DNA of 64,000 nucleotides, taken from NCBI GenBank assembly GCA_050084985.1, contig JBITNC010000001.1, positions 97,774,001-97,838,000 on the forward strand, written 5' to 3'. This document shows positions 1 to 13,117 of this stretch, one piece after another (the stretch's first letter is position 1; every line of letters begins with the position of its first letter). The notes beneath the pieces were generated by a model. That model was not told the origin of the DNA. It did no database searches and worked only from the letters and a program-made list of their open reading frames with translations. A program made the position numbers and the translations under genes. The DNA comes from Nageia nagi (lineage: Eukaryota; Plantae; Pinophyta).

Positions 1-463
1 AAAATACCATCATGAATTGATCAATGGTGCACTATAAGTCATCACGAAGATGCCATGCCAAAAACTTATAGTCACCTACTGTATATAAAAATATGTGTTG
101 ATTATCATTACAAAATAAAGCATCACATATGAATTTCTCACATATGGATAAATGAACAGTGCCAAAAGATACATAAGAGGTCCTCACACATGGATAATTG
201 AACAATGCTAGATTGATTAAAAATAGAGTATGCACATATGAGTTCCTCACATATGGATAACTGAATAATGCAAAAAGACACATAAGAGTTTTTCACACAT
301 GGATAATTGAAAAATGCAAGATTGGCCAATTTGTACAAGTTTCTCATGCAGAGCGAACTTACCATAAAGGTGTATAACAAAATCAACACTATATAGCATA
401 AAATCTTTCTGGAGGTGAAGTTATCATCACAAATATGAATTCAACATAAGAATTCAAACTTCA
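1..463 (-). repeat. 3' LTR (start) of the minus-strand copia, with internal ~109-bp dimeric tandem repeats
   Basis: TG immediately follows the PPT at 463; motif CTCACAYATGGATAA recurs at ~137, 183, 246, 292. Confidence 0.7.
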
Positions 464-3073
464 CTCCCCCTTGAGGGTAACTTCACCAATCTGATAGCAT
501 CCTTTAGCTTATAGAATTGAACTTTTGAGAGGGGCTTGGTGAACAAATCAGTGAAGTTCAAGGTGGATGGATAATACTCCAGGTGTATGATGCCATCATG
601 AACCTTTTCCTTGGTAAACATCTCATACTCCATTTTCATGGCTTCCATCTAACACTCATGTTTAGAAGTTTCTTTGAAGGTTGAGGGCTCATGGTTATTG
701 TCAATTTTGATAATTAAAGATTTATTCAAGGTCATGCTCCTTGTTACCCTTTATGTTGGAGAATTTTGTTCCTGTGGTGACTTATCTATATCAATATCCA
801 ACCATCTAGGAGCAATTGAAGAGTCCTTTGGATCATCAACATTTTTATTAGAAGTAGATTCTTCAAGAAGTTCATTGAACTTTACATCCTTTAAAATAAA
901 CACTACTTTATAGGTTGGAGAGTAGAGTTTGTAGCCTTTATGCTAACTGTTATAACTCATAAATATGCATTTTTCAATATTTTTATTCAACTTCTTCATT
1001 TTCTCAGAAATAATGTAGGAGAAAGATTCACAACCAAATACCTTAAGGTGAGAAATGTTAGGTTTTCTTTCTAACCATGTCTCAAAAGGAGTTTTACTTT
1101 GAATAACTTTTTGTGGGACACCTATTCAAGGTGTAAATAACAATGCTCATAGCTTCACCTTACAAGAACTTAGAAAGATTACCCAACATGTATCTATCCA
1201 TCTTCATAATTATTCTATTTTTTTTTGCAACACCATTCTGTTGAGGAGTGTAAGGAATTGTAAATTACCTCTTAATTTTATATTTACTATAATAGTCATT
1301 GAACTCATTACTATTATATTCTCCTCCATTATTTAATCTCAACATCTTGATTTTAAGATTAGTCTAATTCTCAATAAAGGTCTTAAAAATTTTAAAACTC
1401 TCAAAGGTTTGATCCTTATGCTCAAGTAGATACCCAAAGGTCATTCTACTAAATTCATCAATGAAGGTCAAGACGTAAGATGCTCTTCTAAATGATTTAA
1501 TCTAAAATAGACCATCAAATCTGAATGCATAAGTTAAAAAATTTGAGATGCTTTTATTACTTTATCTTTTTTCAAATTTTTATCTATGCATCTTACCAAG
1601 AATGCACTTCTCGTATAGACCAATTGAAGGAGAAATTGAAGGCAAACCTTCCACAAGTTCTTAGTCTTTTATGATTTGAATACTCTTGTGGTTAAGGTGA
1701 CTTAAATAATGATACCAAAGATTACCTTTAAAATACACATTAGAAGTAAGACACATCTTTAATGGAACTTAATCCATAATGTAGAGGTTATCTTTCACTG
1801 ATCCTTCAACTAAAATGGTAAGTTCTTTTTTAATACATCAAGATTGAGATTCGAACTCAAAAGAGTACCATTTTCTAACAACTTGGATTATGAAAAAAAG
1901 GTTCATCTTTAACTTAGGAACATAGAGAACATTTTCAAGAACTTTTTCATGAATTAGCACACTTCCAATTTTTTAGACTTCAAGGGTAGAGTTATCACTT
2001 ATCATAATTGCATCTTTATTATACTTATGAAAGTTTTTAAACTTTTTTTTTTCAAAGCATAGGTGATTAGTGCAACTAGAGTCAATGATCCATTTAGATG
2101 AAAAGGTGTGAGACATGGAGTAGAGTGCCACAATAAAACTAGCATGAGCATTTTTTTTTCCTTTGTAGCTCTTTATATTTCCATTACCTTTGTACTTTTA
2201 TTTTCTTTTTTTTATAATAATTAACTTCTTTGTGACTTTAAATGCCATAATAGTTACAATTACCATCAAATTTTTTTTTAAGATAAAAAGTGTTTACTTT
2301 ACCTTTTTCATCTCTTTACTTAAAATGATTATTGTTACCGTTATTCCTGCTACTATGATTATTATTTCTATTATTTCTATTACTGTTGTAGCTATTGCCT
2401 CTTTTCTCAAACCTTTTGAAGGAAAAAGGATAAGATTTCTTTTAATAGTTGAACTTCTTCTTAAAAAGAGTTTTGGTTGCTCTAAGAGTAACATTATTAT
2501 CTCTAGAAGAAGAAATTAATCTTTTATTATTAAAGATTTTCTCATGCTTCAGTAGGTGTCTTGAAAGATTCTCAAAAGAGATGACTTCTTCTTCATCATC
2601 AAGCTTTGAAAAGAGGTTTTGAAAAATGATGAAGACTATGAACTCATTATTGATTCAATTGCATCCATAAGCAGCAAGTTGGATCTTTAAGTTAGTGATT
2701 TTATTCAAGTAGATAGCCATATTTTTATCTTTCTCTTGATGATATTAAAGTAACTTTTGGAGAATGGTAAACATTTTTGAAAAGTTTGAACTAAGGTAGA
2801 TTTGCTTAAGCTTATCCCATGCTTTCTTTGTTGAGGTTGAAGAGGATATCATCAGGAGCATGTCATCTGAAATTGCACGATAAATCATAGAGGTTACCAA
2901 CTCATTTTTTATGTTGTAAGCTTTTAATGCCTTCTCATCTATAGGAGGTACAAATTTTTCATTCATTATTTGCCATAGCTTCCTTACCGGTAATTTAGCT
3001 CTCATCTAAAGTTCTCAAATTTCATAGTTGGAACCATCAAGAATGTATTTGGGTAAAAAAGATTCTTCTATAT
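464..3073 (-). mobile_element. Degenerate Ty1/copia internal region (gag, protease, integrase, RNase H tail) with the RT domain deleted
   Basis: Gag LDGSNY..MRAKL..AWDKLKQIY (~2745-3050); protease WIIDSSCTNH (~2065-2095); integrase TFIDEFSR and IPYTPQQNGV; EPSTF..EAMK joined to FTKEKV..DLFTKPL; PPT AGGGGGAG at 464-471; many stops. Confidence 0.9.
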
Positions 3074-4059
3074 GCTATACAAAAATGTTAAATAATAAGC
3101 ATGTATTTTTAATAAATCAAGTAAATAATACATGTTACATTTAATACTAAAGACATGCTTAATAAGTGCAAATATTTTTATAATTCAAATTATTACCTAT
3201 GTATCCAAACACATTTCTTATCTCAAGAACTGTAGATGTAGAGTGACATTATTAAGGTTTATTTTCTTATCTAAAATTAGACCTTCATTTGGATGTCCAC
3301 ACAAGAGGAGCTCAAGTACTACCAATCCTCAACTAGTTCCCCTTAGGCAGCAATATACTTTCACAAGGAGAAGTACTAGCTATTTTCTAAAATTATGATA
3401 TTTATTGAATTAATCAAATTATTAATCTTGATTAGGTTTCAAGTTTTCCTCCTAGGTTATCAGGATAATTCTTGAATGGATGTGCAGACATGTGATATCA
3501 CTACACACATGCCTATCCACCTAATAGAGTTATGTCTTGATCAATAGAGGACTTAAAGGTAATTAAAAATATAAACTTTTCACCACTTAGATCGTCGAAC
3601 TTAAAGGTTCCAGTTCGTCTGTTCTCATCTCATGGCTCTCCAAATAATTCATGTTGCAGAATGTACATGCAGATTTATTCATTTTAGGAGGTTGCTCATA
3701 TCAATGTTTGCATTTTTATTTACATAAGCAAATAAATCAAAATATGAAACATAAAAAAAAGCATAAATAAAACATCATCCATTCATAACTTGAAACCTAA
3801 GTGTCCAATGGATTTTATTTACTAACCCTTAAAGAACATCTTTACACAAGTCCATATTTTTTTCAAGTTTATTTTGCAAAAAAAAAAGAGAAATACTTAA
3901 GCATAAGCATGTATTAATTCTAAAAATTTGCATAAGTTATCTTTGCATGAAGGCTAAATACTCAACATGTATCTTTTAACTTAACAAATTAAGTTCTAAG
4001 CATGCAACATTAACTTAAAAATTTAGTTCTAAGCATGCATTTATTAACTTAAAATTTTT

Positions 4060-4360
4060 AAGTAATAAGCATAAGTAAGCATACATCATTCTAATAAATT
4101 AAGAAGCATGCACTATTTAACTTAAAAATTTAAGTAAAACATGCATCATTAACTTAAGTAATAAGCATAAGTAAGAATGCATCATTCCAATAAATTAAGT
4201 ACGAAGCATGTACTATTTAACTTAAAAATTTAAGTAAAATATGTATCATTAACTTAAATAATAAGTATAAGTAAGCATGCATCATTCCAATAAATTAAAT
4301 AAGAAGTATGCACTATTTAACTTAAAAATTTAAGTAAAACATGTATTATTAACTTAAAAT
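4060..4360. repeat. ~100-bp tandem repeat (3 copies) in an AT-rich, probably LTR-derived insert
   Basis: AGTAATAAGCATAAGTAAG...AACTTAAAAATTTAAGTAAAA recurs at ~4061, 4157, 4257. Confidence 0.8.
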
Positions 4361-5787
4361 TTTAAATTTTAAACATGTATCATTAACTTAAAAAAAGATA
4401 TATGCACCATTCTCATAAGTTGCATAAGTTCATTTATCAACTTTATGAATGCTAAGAGAGGTATATATATATAAAAAACTTAGGCATCCATCAATTCAAA
4501 AATTTTAATATTTAAAGTAAAAAGAAACATAAAATTTCCCCTTCAAATAGGAATTGCAAAAAAAATACTTAACAGTTATGAACTTAAATGAGTAACTTGT
4601 TGAACAAGAAAAAAAAGTGAAATGTATTAAATGGAAAAAGATTTAAGCTTTTACTCCATGTCAGATTCATAAAAGAGGATTAATTGCTTGATAAGAAAGG
4701 CAAAAATAATAATGTGAACAACTCCTAAAAAGGACTGGCATTCAATAAAAGCATATGGGTGCCCAAAAGAAAATTAAACTAGGGATGAGATCGACGAAGA
4801 GAGAATGGCAAGGAGAGGGCTGAACAATGTAAGAAAAATGACCAAGTCAATTCATTGACATCGAGGAATAGAGATTGAAATGTTTTTGCGCATGGATGAT
4901 GCGATGGCGAGTGGCTAAAATGTTTCTACGACTGGTCCAAAACACTCAGCATGTGAGGCAATGGAGATGGGTGCGAACATGGTCGGAGAGTTCTGCTGAG
5001 GAGTAGGGAGAAGAAGCCACGAGATTGAGGTGAGGGTTTGATGGGTCATCCCATATCTTCCTCGTCTGCATTTCCATGGTATTATTTCAAAAACCTAAAG
5101 GTGCCACCGTCGCGTAGTCAGACACACATTGGAAAAACATGCAGATTCTTGCATGGCATAGATAGGGTTTGGTCAGGCTTTGGTTTGGCCTAAATTTCCC
5201 TTAAAATTAAAATGGTAAATAATGCACGCCTCAAAATGCCCAAACGTTGAAATCATTCTCCCCTTTTTTTATTTATTTATAAACTTTGAAAAAAAATTTA
5301 TGTAACATTTTATTTACAAAGTTACTGAAAGAGAAAAAAAATACAGTATTGATTATGTATGAAATAGTAAATATGTTAAAAGGAAATTCCTCTTTTTTTT
5401 TAAAAAAAAATTGCTTGATATAAAAAAAACGTTTATAAAATAATGTATAATAATTATACAATATTATATTGAGTTGATTTCTTCAAACAAATGTAACTAA
5501 AAATTGTATACAAATTACATATTTTCCCTAATGTATTATTGCTCAATCATTAACATAAAAAATTATTAGTAAAAGGAGCAATAATATGTGATGTTATTAA
5601 GGCAAAGTTGGCTAGAATTGAACTAACATAATCATAAGAGAATGTTAGTATCAAAATGAACAAACAAAAAAGGATAGGGGGTTATACCTCAAAATTGTTT
5701 TACCTTGACCTAGAAGAGTGATCCTCCAAAAAAAAGGTTGAAGATTAGTTTCCAAACCAAAGAAGTGAAAAGGAACCTTCAAGTCGT

Positions 5788-6304
5788 TCTGATACCAATT
5801 TGAAGGAATTAACACTAACAAGATAATTCTTAATTAACCAAGATCACATGAAAGCTTTTATTCACATCTAACAAACTCACACATAAGACAATCTCACAAA
5901 GTAACTCAAGATGTGAAGTGGTTCCTCCAATTAGGAGTACATCCACTAACTAGATCTTTACTTCAATAACAAATACAATTCTTTTACAATCCTCTTAATC
6001 TCAACTCCTACACTTCTATCCTATATCATAACTTTACTCTACAAATTGGTGTATGATAACAAAGAAGGAGCCTTCTATTTATAGGCTAAAATCTCTCTTT
6101 GGATCACCCTTTTATCCAATGTACAAAAGCATGACATGCATATCCTTTTACCCAAGGGGCATGCTCATGACATAGAGTGCAGGACAAGTTACATTATCAT
6201 ATTTATTTAAATACTTAAGGTATCAAATGATACTCTTAAGTATTAGTGAATTTACATAGAAGATTTAATACAACCTTTACAATAATGCATTATACATTCC
6301 AATA
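5788..6304 (-). mobile_element. Copia-type 5' LTR plus tRNA-Met primer-binding site
   Basis: On the minus strand the LTR ends ...CCTTCA (5801), then AAT and TGGTATCAGA (5797-5788); TATA box CTATAAATAG at ~6075-6084; probable start T(G>A)TTGGAATG at 6304. Confidence 0.7.
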
Positions 6305-9300
6305 ACCTCAAGATGCTATTGGTACATATCTATCTCCTCCCAAATTTAATAAAAAATATCCAAATGAATGCAATTGGTACCAAGAGATGATGGATAAAAT
6401 GTAAAATAATATTCTTGAACCAGCCATCTCACAAAATGACTTTAATCCATCTCAAACACCAATTGCACAAAATATTGGTCAAAATTGTTTTCCACCTCAA
6501 GAATGAAAACTATTTAGCAACCAAGACACCATATTTAAAACCTTTCAACCATCCAAAGAACCTTCGGTTGTGGAGAATTTACAACCAAGCATATATTTTC
6601 TCAATTTTCGAAAGAATATCCAATAAGCATAAGAAATCTTCAACCGGAGGTTATCACAAGAAAATCCAATAATTCCTCAACCTCTAGCTAAAGTTGAACA
6701 ATAATACTTTCAAAATATAATACCCAACTTTCAAAATATTATTCAACACAACACACCTCTACCATTCCAAAGGGCTATGAATTTTAACCAAGCTAATTCT
6801 TCTTAACACATTACCTTCCAAAATTCACAAAATATCCAAAACACTAATGCCAATAATTTTTAAAATTCATAAAAGAAAGGGTCTTTGAACATAAATCCAC
6901 AAGGTCAAAACTCCAATGTTGATCAATTTAACCAAGCCAATATTTATGATTGGGATAGCCTTAATCAACCTTTTGTGTAATACCAACAAAATACCCAAAG
7001 TGGGCCAAACTAAAGTATGGCTTGTTTTCAAACTCCTCCATTTCCAAATACCTCCAACAACAACATGCAACACCTTTATGGAGCTCAAAAATACACTCAT
7101 AATCCACTACAAAATACCAACCAACACAATACCCAACAAGGTTCTTCAACTCTATCCATGGAAGATATGCAATAATTGATTGGGCATATGCAAAATCTTA
7201 TGTACTAAAACTAGGTGGTTGATGTACATGCAAGTTAAAATCAGAATATTTTACAAGGTACATAACAAAGGCAAGTTCATGATATGCAACAAAATAGTGA
7301 TCAAAATATGCAACAAAGTCATATTCTCAATAGTCAATTTCAGCCCCAAGGTCAACAATAGGGTTGTAATCAAAATCTTAGGCACAATTTACAAGGACCA
7401 TCTTGGGGACAACAAGGCACCTTCCATAACCCTAATGCACATGCTTTTTAGAGGTAAGTGAGTTTTTTCAATAAACCAAATCAGTATTATGATGGATCAA
7501 ATCCACCCCATAGTGGATCGAATTCATCTTATGGAGGACCCAATGTACACAATGAAAGCCAAATTATGAGAAGATTGCAAGAATTAGAGGCTAAGATAAA
7601 TAATTCAAGATTATCTAAAGTAAACTATGGGAAAATATAAATGATCCTATAAATCCTTGTATTCCCATGATTTTTTACCCTACGAAGTTTGCGATGCCTA
7701 AAATAGATAAGTTAAAGAGTAAAGAGGATCAAAAGGAGCATTTGAGGCACTTCAAACATGCTTGTTACTTGATTGCAAATGATAATTCTCTATTAATGAG
7801 AACTTTTCCTATGACTCTTGGGGGAAAAGCTATGAATTGGTACAATGACCTACCACAATATAGCTTATATAAATTTGACCAACTTGCAAACCACTTTCTT
7901 GAACATTTCTATATCAATATTAAGAAGAGGGCTTCCATTACAGATTCAATGAAGTTGTATCAATTTGATCAAGAATGCATTTCTAACTATGTTATTAGGT
8001 ATTGGTATTTGATTATAAATATACACTTCTCTTTTCCTTAAGAGGAGTTGTTGAGACTATTTAGCAAAAGTTGCATTAGGAAAATCTCTACTTATCTCCA
8101 AATACAACAACATAGGACCTTTAAGAAAGCAATTTCCCAAGAAAAGGTTATAGAGGAGGTAATGGTGTAGAATGATGAGATCAAAATGATAAAAAAAGAA
8201 AATAATAATTGTGTTTATAGATCCAATAAGAGTCATTCTACAAATGGAGGCAAGTCCCAAGTCAATCAATTGATGCTTCAAGCACCACCACCACCTTCAA
8301 TGCAAAATGTTCAACAAGCTAATCAAATGAATGTATCAAGTCAACCTTACAATCAGAATCAATCATAGAGAAAGAATCAAAATCAAGCACAAGGGTAGTC
8401 TTCTAGGCCACAAAGGAAGTTTGAGCTATTGGGAGAACCTTTGTCCAAGATCTTCACAAAAATTAATGATGATAAACTATTAAGATTACCATAAGTTTGA
8501 TGGGATCCTTCTTGGGCCACTAAACCATGGTATAAGGATCATGAGTTTTATGATTTTTATAGGGTGTAATGATATAGTACTAACCATTGCATTTATCTAG
8601 GCAAGGTCATTTAGAGTTTCATAGATTTAGAGAAGCTAGTGCTTAATGGTACATCTTTGTATCGTAACACCAACTTGCAAGTTTACCATAATATGTTGCC
8701 TCAATGGGGTGTGAATCAAGTTAGTACCACTAGGCATTACAATCAATCTTTACCTACTCAAAATGTACCCTATGACTATAGAAAACATCAACAACATGTA
8801 GCCACCAGGCCTAACAAGTACAAAGAACATATGGTTAATGTTTGAATGGTAAATGTAGCCACCAAGGCTAACAAGCACAAAGAAAAAGGAAAGGGCCAAT
8901 GAAAAGCTCATGGGGATACATGGGTGGACATTAATATACCAAATCATATTCCTTCTCCTCCTCCTCTAGCACAATGGGGTGTTAAGAAGTTACAAAGCAA
9001 CTTTGAGCAATAATTAAGACTTATATCAATCAGATCCTCTCAATAAGATCTAATCAAGAATTCTCATCAAATAGAGAGGCTTTGGATCATATTTTGCAAA
9101 CTATAGAGTTGGATGCCTCAAATCCCAACATTTTTATCAACTTGATTAAGAGTGTGCAAGTGAATGTAGAGCCATTTATTTCATTTTTTCAGCATAAGAT
9201 CTACAATGTTGTAAATCAAAAGTATAAGGATCCTCCCTTACACATTATATCCCATGTTGATGGAAAATATTTCAAAAGGGTACTTGTGGATGGTGGATTA

Positions 9301-12300
9301 ACCATCAATGTGGTTTCTTCATCAACATTAGCAAAGCTTACCCTACCTTTGTCATATCTTAAGACTTTCACACTTATTTTATAAGATTTCAACAATTAAT
9401 CATGAAACACATTGGGTGGTATTATTTTTCCTATCTTGGTAGAATCCAAGACTATTCATGCATGCTTTTAGGTGATAGAGAGAGAACAATAGTATAACAT
9501 ACTACTTGGAAGGCCTTGGATTAGAGAGATGGAATGCATCCCTTCCACATTACATGAATGTATAAAATATCTTGAGGATGGGGTTGTACATTGCATATGG
9601 ATGGATGAGGAACCTTTCAGCCATTGTAACCTTCTTGAGCTACCTAATGGTCCTATCCTTTCACCACCATCGTATTTCCTGAGATTATCTATATTAACCA
9701 AGGGATTAATGAAAAATTTCAAGAATTAAAATGTGAATCAATTAATAAACTAGTCCCAACTAAAAATGAACAAAGCTCCATAGATGTGCAAAAATATGAT
9801 AATAAAACAATTATCTATGAGGAGCCTAAGGAAGATACCCTTGTGATACCTTCCCCTACAATTCAAGAAGAAATCTCTTGGAAGGCATGAATGACATACC
9901 TAGATAAAAAACTTAAACAAACTAACTCCTCTACATTGGAACCAAGTATAATTACTAAAATAGAGGAGAGTAATAAGGTTAAAGAGGACCTTTAAGTTGT
10001 AACTAAAAAATAAAAGAAGAAGGAATCCATAAATGATCACGAGCATATCTCTCGAGTGGATACCCAATTTAAAAATATTAGCATCGATGAGTATACCATT
10101 TATGACATTATGTTTAATATCTTATCTTTTCATGATGTAGATCATTCGTATGAGTCTCTCTTGGCCATTGGTACCACTTATTCCATCGAATAACCAAAGT
10201 AGCTTTGTTTATGTAGGTCTTGATTTTCCCTATTACCATGTTCTTAAGGTTGCATAAAAAAAAGTGTTTTTAGGTAAACTCAATTATTTATCTAGACCTT
10301 CCTTTATTTGTCACTACTTTTCTAAGTGTAAAATGGAAGGGATTTGGCTTTGATCGGTATGAACAAGGCATGATTCATGTCATGCAACTACCTACTCAAG
10401 AAGACAAAGAAAAATAAGGCCTTAGTTTCAAATATCCTCAAATAATAACATCCATAGCCCAAATCCATGAGATTGAGAATGAGGGAGACTATGAGGAACT
10501 TGTCTTCCCTCGTGAGGAATTGCTATATAAAGCACCCTCTTCTCCAACATCTTATTATTCTATTCATCCCTTTATATTTGAACAAATAAACATGGTTGGA
10601 GTCTCCTCGATTTATCCTTTCTTTCATCCCCTTAATTTTGATAGTATTCATGTGGTGGATCAAGATACGACTAATTTTAGTATCATACCTACGATTGATC
10701 TTACCACCCATGATAGTTTTATTTTACCTTGTAGCCATGTCGAACCCTATTATGATGAGCCAAATGGGGATACCTATCAACCTTATCTTAACCACTAATG
10801 GGAGGATGAATCACACATGATAGTTAAGGAGTCAGTTGAGATTGCCTAGGAGATGACCCTAATATTTAGAAAATGGTTCAGTTTGGCAAAGGGCTTAACA
10901 TAGATGAGCTACTAGAGTGGACTACAAAGATAAAAAAGAGAGTAAAGATATTTGCTTACATATATCATGATATGTTGGGGTTGGATACCAACATCATGGT
11001 GCATCACTTGACTTTAAAACCTGATGCTAAACAAATTAAATAAAAACCACATTGTATGCATCCTAGTAAGGCATTGTTGGTCAAACCAAAGATGTAGAAA
11101 AGGTTGGATGCCAAATTTATAGAGGCTATTCCTTATCCAAAGTGGGCTTTAATACAGTGATAGTTCCTAAGGTAGATGGTCAAATCAAATTTTGTACAAA
11201 CTTTAGAGATGTAAATAAAGCTTATCCTAAGGATGATTTTCCATTGCCCAACATTGATACCTTAGTAGACAATATTGCGAGTCATGAGATGTTTTCACTA
11301 ATGGATGAAGTTTTTGGTTACAATCAAATCATGATCATAAAAGAGAATAAGCACAAAATGGCATTCACCACTACATGAAAGATATATTGTTATAGGATGA
11401 TGCCATTTGGTCTCAAGAAGATAGGGGAAACCTATCAAAGGACCATGAATTATATTTTTCATGAATATATGCATGATATAGTTAAGGATTACATGGATGA
11501 TTTGATTGTAAAATCTATAACATGTGAGACTCATCTTGAGGTAGTATGTAAGGTCTTATGCAGATTGTTGGAATAGAATGTTAGACTCAATCCCAAGAAG
11601 TATGTTTTTGGGGTTCTATTAGGAAACCTATTTTGTATCCAATAGAGGCATTGAGGTTGATCCTAACAAGTTCTAGGCTATTAATGAAATGTATCCTCCA
11701 AATAATTTGAAGTAGTTGTAGAGTTTACAGGGCAAGATTCATGTGATTAGAAAATTTATAGAGCAATTGTTCGATAAATATTGACCATTCAATTATAAGT
11801 TGCTAAAGAAGAATATCAATTTTTCTTGGGATTTAAAGTGTTAAGAGGCCTTTGATGCGATCAAGAAATACCTTACACATCCTTCTATTCTTATTCCTCC
11901 TAGGATGGGAGTATCCTTTCACCTGTACATTTCTTCCATCAACTTTGCTTTGGGCTTGATGTTGGCCTAACAAAATGAAGCAAAGAGAGAGCAATCCATC
12001 TACTATGTAAGTCGTACTCTAGCAATGTATGAGGCTATATATGCACATCATGAGAAATTGTGCCTTGTAATAGTCTTTGCAACTCAAAATCTGAGGCACT
12101 ATATGCTGAATTAGAAGACCTATATTATTTCCGATATAGATCCTTTAAAGTATATGATGAATAAGATTGTGATTAATGCTCAAGTGGCAAAATGGATCAT
12201 GTTTCTCATAGAGTTTTACCTTAAGTTCATTAATCAAAAATCTATTAAGGGTCAAGCTATAGCTAATAAATTGGTATAAATACCCCACGAGAATGATATT

Positions 12301-13050
12301 CCTTTATATATTGAGTTTTTAGATAGCAGTATGTTTGGTGTATTTGAGATTGCAGAGGAGGTAGAATAAAAGGATTTTTATAAGACCATGTATTATGATG
12401 GATCTCATTGTGATAAAGGAGGAGGATCTAGGGTAGTATTTATAATTCCTTAAGGTGTGCCCATGTCTATATCTTTTAAACTATCCTTTGAATGCACAAA
12501 CAATAATGATGAGTATGAAGCACTCATCCTTAGTTTGAAATTAGCTATAGAGATGAAGTATGAGCATCTCAAGATATATGGTGACTCTTTGATAATTGTT
12601 AACTAAATTAAGGGGGTATATGCTTGTAACCAACCTCTTCTTAGGTTGTATAAGTCCATGGTTGAGAATTTATTAGAACATTTTAAAGCATATGATATTG
12701 AGGCTACCCCTAGCTCAAACTACTTTGCAGATGCAATGATGTCTTTGGGATCCTTGATTCCCCAAAATTCATTTTGAAGGGTCATGCATATAGAATTGAT
12801 TACTATGCACAAGTCCTCTCTTGATTTTCCCTTGTATCATGAGGATCCCCCACCATAGGTTAATAAGCTTAATGTTGTATCTAAGGACTTGTGGTATCAA
12901 GAATTCAAGGATTATCTTAAGCAAGGGACCTTGCCCACCACCATGTATACCATTCAAAAATGCCAATTCAAATAGAAATACATTAAATATACCATTATAA
13001 GTGATGTGGTTTATAGGATGGGTTATGATGGAATTCTGCTTCATTTTTTA
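6305..13050 (+). mobile_element. Degenerate Ty3/gypsy Tat/Ogre-type gag-pol (gag, protease, G-patch-like, RT, RNase H, additional RNase H), truncated at the start of integrase
   Basis: Gag LMRTFPMTLGGKAMNWY (7667-8041); protease RVLVDGG (~9280); RT FRDVNKAYPKDDFPLPNID and YMDD (11490-11501); second RNase H MYYDGS..TNNNDEYEAL..GDS (~12388-12600). Confidence 0.92.
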
Positions 13051-13117
13051 GAGTAGCTAGACCAATTCATGAATTTTGATATGAACTTGGCTGTGGAATT
13101 GGCTGTGGAATCACCCT

